Of a stretch of 59,304 nucleotides of DNA, positions 57,833-59,304 are shown piece after piece. Under the pieces are notes generated by a model, which worked only from the letters and a program-made list of their open reading frames with translations, ran no database searches and had not been told where the DNA came from. Position 1 is the first letter of the stretch; every line of letters starts with the position of its first letter. A program made the position numbers and the translations under genes. Source of the stretch: a virus (lineage: Duplodnaviria > Caudoviricetes); the IMG/VR virus record IMGVR_UViG_3300037264_003947, positions 1 to 59,304 of that record, one strand, 5' to 3'.

Positions 57833-58090
57833 TTACTTTTTAATTAGGGACTTAATCCAGGCTACTATTTTAGCAATAAGTTCTACTGTTACTTCGTAGA
57901 AGATCTGACCGCCAGCAATTACGAGGGCGAAACCAAGCACCCACATAAAGACCTTATCGGACATAAGAGAAAGAGCGGTAAAGCTCAATGCTCCTAGAAC
58001 TGGAAGGGCTAGCTTCCACACCCAAGAAGGTGCTTTAGTCCATAGTTGCTTAACGTATTGAATAAGACCAACTGTGGAAAAAACTGATAG
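57833..58090 (-). CDS. 3' part of a holin-like membrane protein, cut by the GC junction
   Basis: STVGLIQYVKQL...LALPVLG...GFALVIAGGQIFYE; AT-rich codons. Confidence 0.55.
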   Translation of the reverse strand, partial: LSVFSTVGLIQYVKQLWTKAPSWVWKLALPVLGALSFTALSLMSDKVFMWVLGFALVIAGGQIFYEVTVELIAKIVAWIKSLIKK

Positions 58091-59304
58091 AGCGGCGATG
58101 GCCGCTGCCAGTTTGCAATCGTCCTTGTGGATCGTGCAGTCTTGCCTACCGCATACCGCGCAGTGACAACATGGGTCGCTATCCTGTAAGCATCCCATGT
58201 CTACTGACTCGCAGAGAACCATCGCCTCCCGTGCCCGCGAGAGCAGCGCCATATACAGCGTCTTCGTGTCCTCCGCTGCCGGCCCCCGGCGCTTGCGCTC
58301 GTCGGCGATGATGCTGCCGAGTGTCCCCGCTACGCTCGCAGCGAATAGTTTGGCACCTGCTGAATGTACCAAGCTATGCTCCATGTCTGTGCATCGCAGT
58401 AGCAGCGCCTCCAACCTCTCCGGCAGCGTGCTCATACCTTCTCCTCCTCCGCGATGACGGCGCGGGCCACGCGCTCTACGAGGGTGCGCTTCACTTCGGG
58501 CCTCCAAGCTTCGCAAGCACGGCGTCGAGACCGCAGGTGCAGGGCAGGCGTTCCTCAACGTCATCGGCAGCATCGTGATATCTTTCGCATCCCCACCAAT
58601 GCCTCATGTACTTCACCACTTCCTGCGCGAGAGAGTCGGCGGGGAGGGCGAGGGCGGCGCGGGCAACGTGGGCATCTTCCACGCATCCGTTGTGCTCGAT
58701 CTTTTCCAGCGCCGTCCGCAGAGCCGCGTTGGTGAGGGAGGAGGCGGCGAGCTTGGAGGCGATCCGATCCGCCGCGAGCTGCACCGAATTGCAGAGGTCT
58801 CCGTCCACCTCGTTGGTGCCCTTTAGGACGAAGTGCACGTACTCAATCACCTTGCGCTGTACACCCTCGGCAAGCTCGCGTGCGGCGCATTCCTCTCGAA
58901 CCTCGCGCTTCAGGTCGTCGAGCTTGTCCTCGGTCTCCAGCGCCGCGTCGTGGAGCTGCTGCACGTCACGAAGGGCCTCGTCGCGGGCGTGCCGAAGGTC
59001 GGCTACCTCCTGCTGCTCGGCGGGGCGGGTGAGGGCAGCGTCGGAAGCTTTTCGTTCGGCGTCTATCTGATTACACAGGCCATCGTAATCGCCATTAGTC
59101 AGACCGAACTCACGGCGTATTACATTGCGGACCACCATGTCGGTCAGTAGCAGCCCCGTCTCCCGCTGCTCGCTTTCGGCCGTGGAGAGGAGGGCGATCA
59201 CTTTATCGGCCTCCTTCACGCAATCACCCATCTCGGCGTCGGACTTCCACCACGAAAGTTCTACAGCTACCTTCTCGCGCAGCGTCATGGCGTCTCCTCC
59301 TTCA
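58090..59304. other. GC-rich foreign segment with coupled small phage-like genes
   Basis: Abrupt change in base composition; ORFs starting at 59288, 58494 and 58435 with GGAG SDs and GTGA/ATGA overlaps. Confidence 0.8.
58491..59288 (-). CDS. Hypothetical coiled-coil phage protein
   Basis: 265 aa, GGAGGAG SD, C-terminal H..GC...CTCGL. Confidence 0.65.
   Translation of the reverse strand: MTLREKVAVELSWWKSDAEMGDCVKEADKVIALLSTAESEQRETGLLLTDMVVRNVIRREFGLTNGDYDGLCNQIDAERKASDAALTRPAEQQEVADLRHARDEALRDVQQLHDAALETEDKLDDLKREVREECAARELAEGVQRKVIEYVHFVLKGTNEVDGDLCNSVQLAADRIASKLAASSLTNAALRTALEKIEHNGCVEDAHVARAALALPADSLAQEVVKYMRHWWGCERYHDAADDVEERLPCTCGLDAVLAKLGGPK

Noticed and set aside
1-58090. Stop-codon reassignment (alternative genetic code)
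   Set aside because: Conserved genes are intact in the standard code, TAA, TAG and TGA all end genes, and the tRNA at 11771 reads best as Arg(TCT), not a CTA suppressor
57833-58573. Single 246 aa protein from the ORF track
   Set aside because: Spans the GC junction and overlaps the better ORF 58491..59288; chimeric

Overview
Bases 1 to ~58090 are an AT-rich segment of a large T4-like myophage, probably a jumbo phage. It carries a gp20-like portal, TerL, a gp55-like late sigma factor, gp25/gp6-like baseplate genes, a tail fibre, class II RNR, dUTPase, GroES, a J-domain protein, a DNA methylase, six HNH endonucleases and eight tRNAs without encoded CCA. Four things stand out. (1) A Ro60/TROVE gene is preceded by a promoter-driven array of seven Y RNA-like elements with a tRNA-Gly inside it. 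(2) A rearranged tmRNA-like gene has its tag frame and pseudoknot upstream of a closed, stand-alone alanine tRNA-like domain. (3) A cassette next to the tail fibre encodes two radical SAM enzymes, a 4-residue-periodic candidate substrate, glycosyltransferases and a cysteine desulfurase. (4) The tripeptide G-D-[S/T] is strongly enriched (about 75 copies by hand count) and almost confined to tail and baseplate proteins, suggesting a virion modification sequon. A GTAAAG(A/T)TA candidate late promoter and an N-terminal capsid-targeting-like motif also recur. From ~58090 the sequence turns abruptly GC-rich inside an ORF, most likely an assembly chimera. All calls come from reading motifs by eye; no searches were run.
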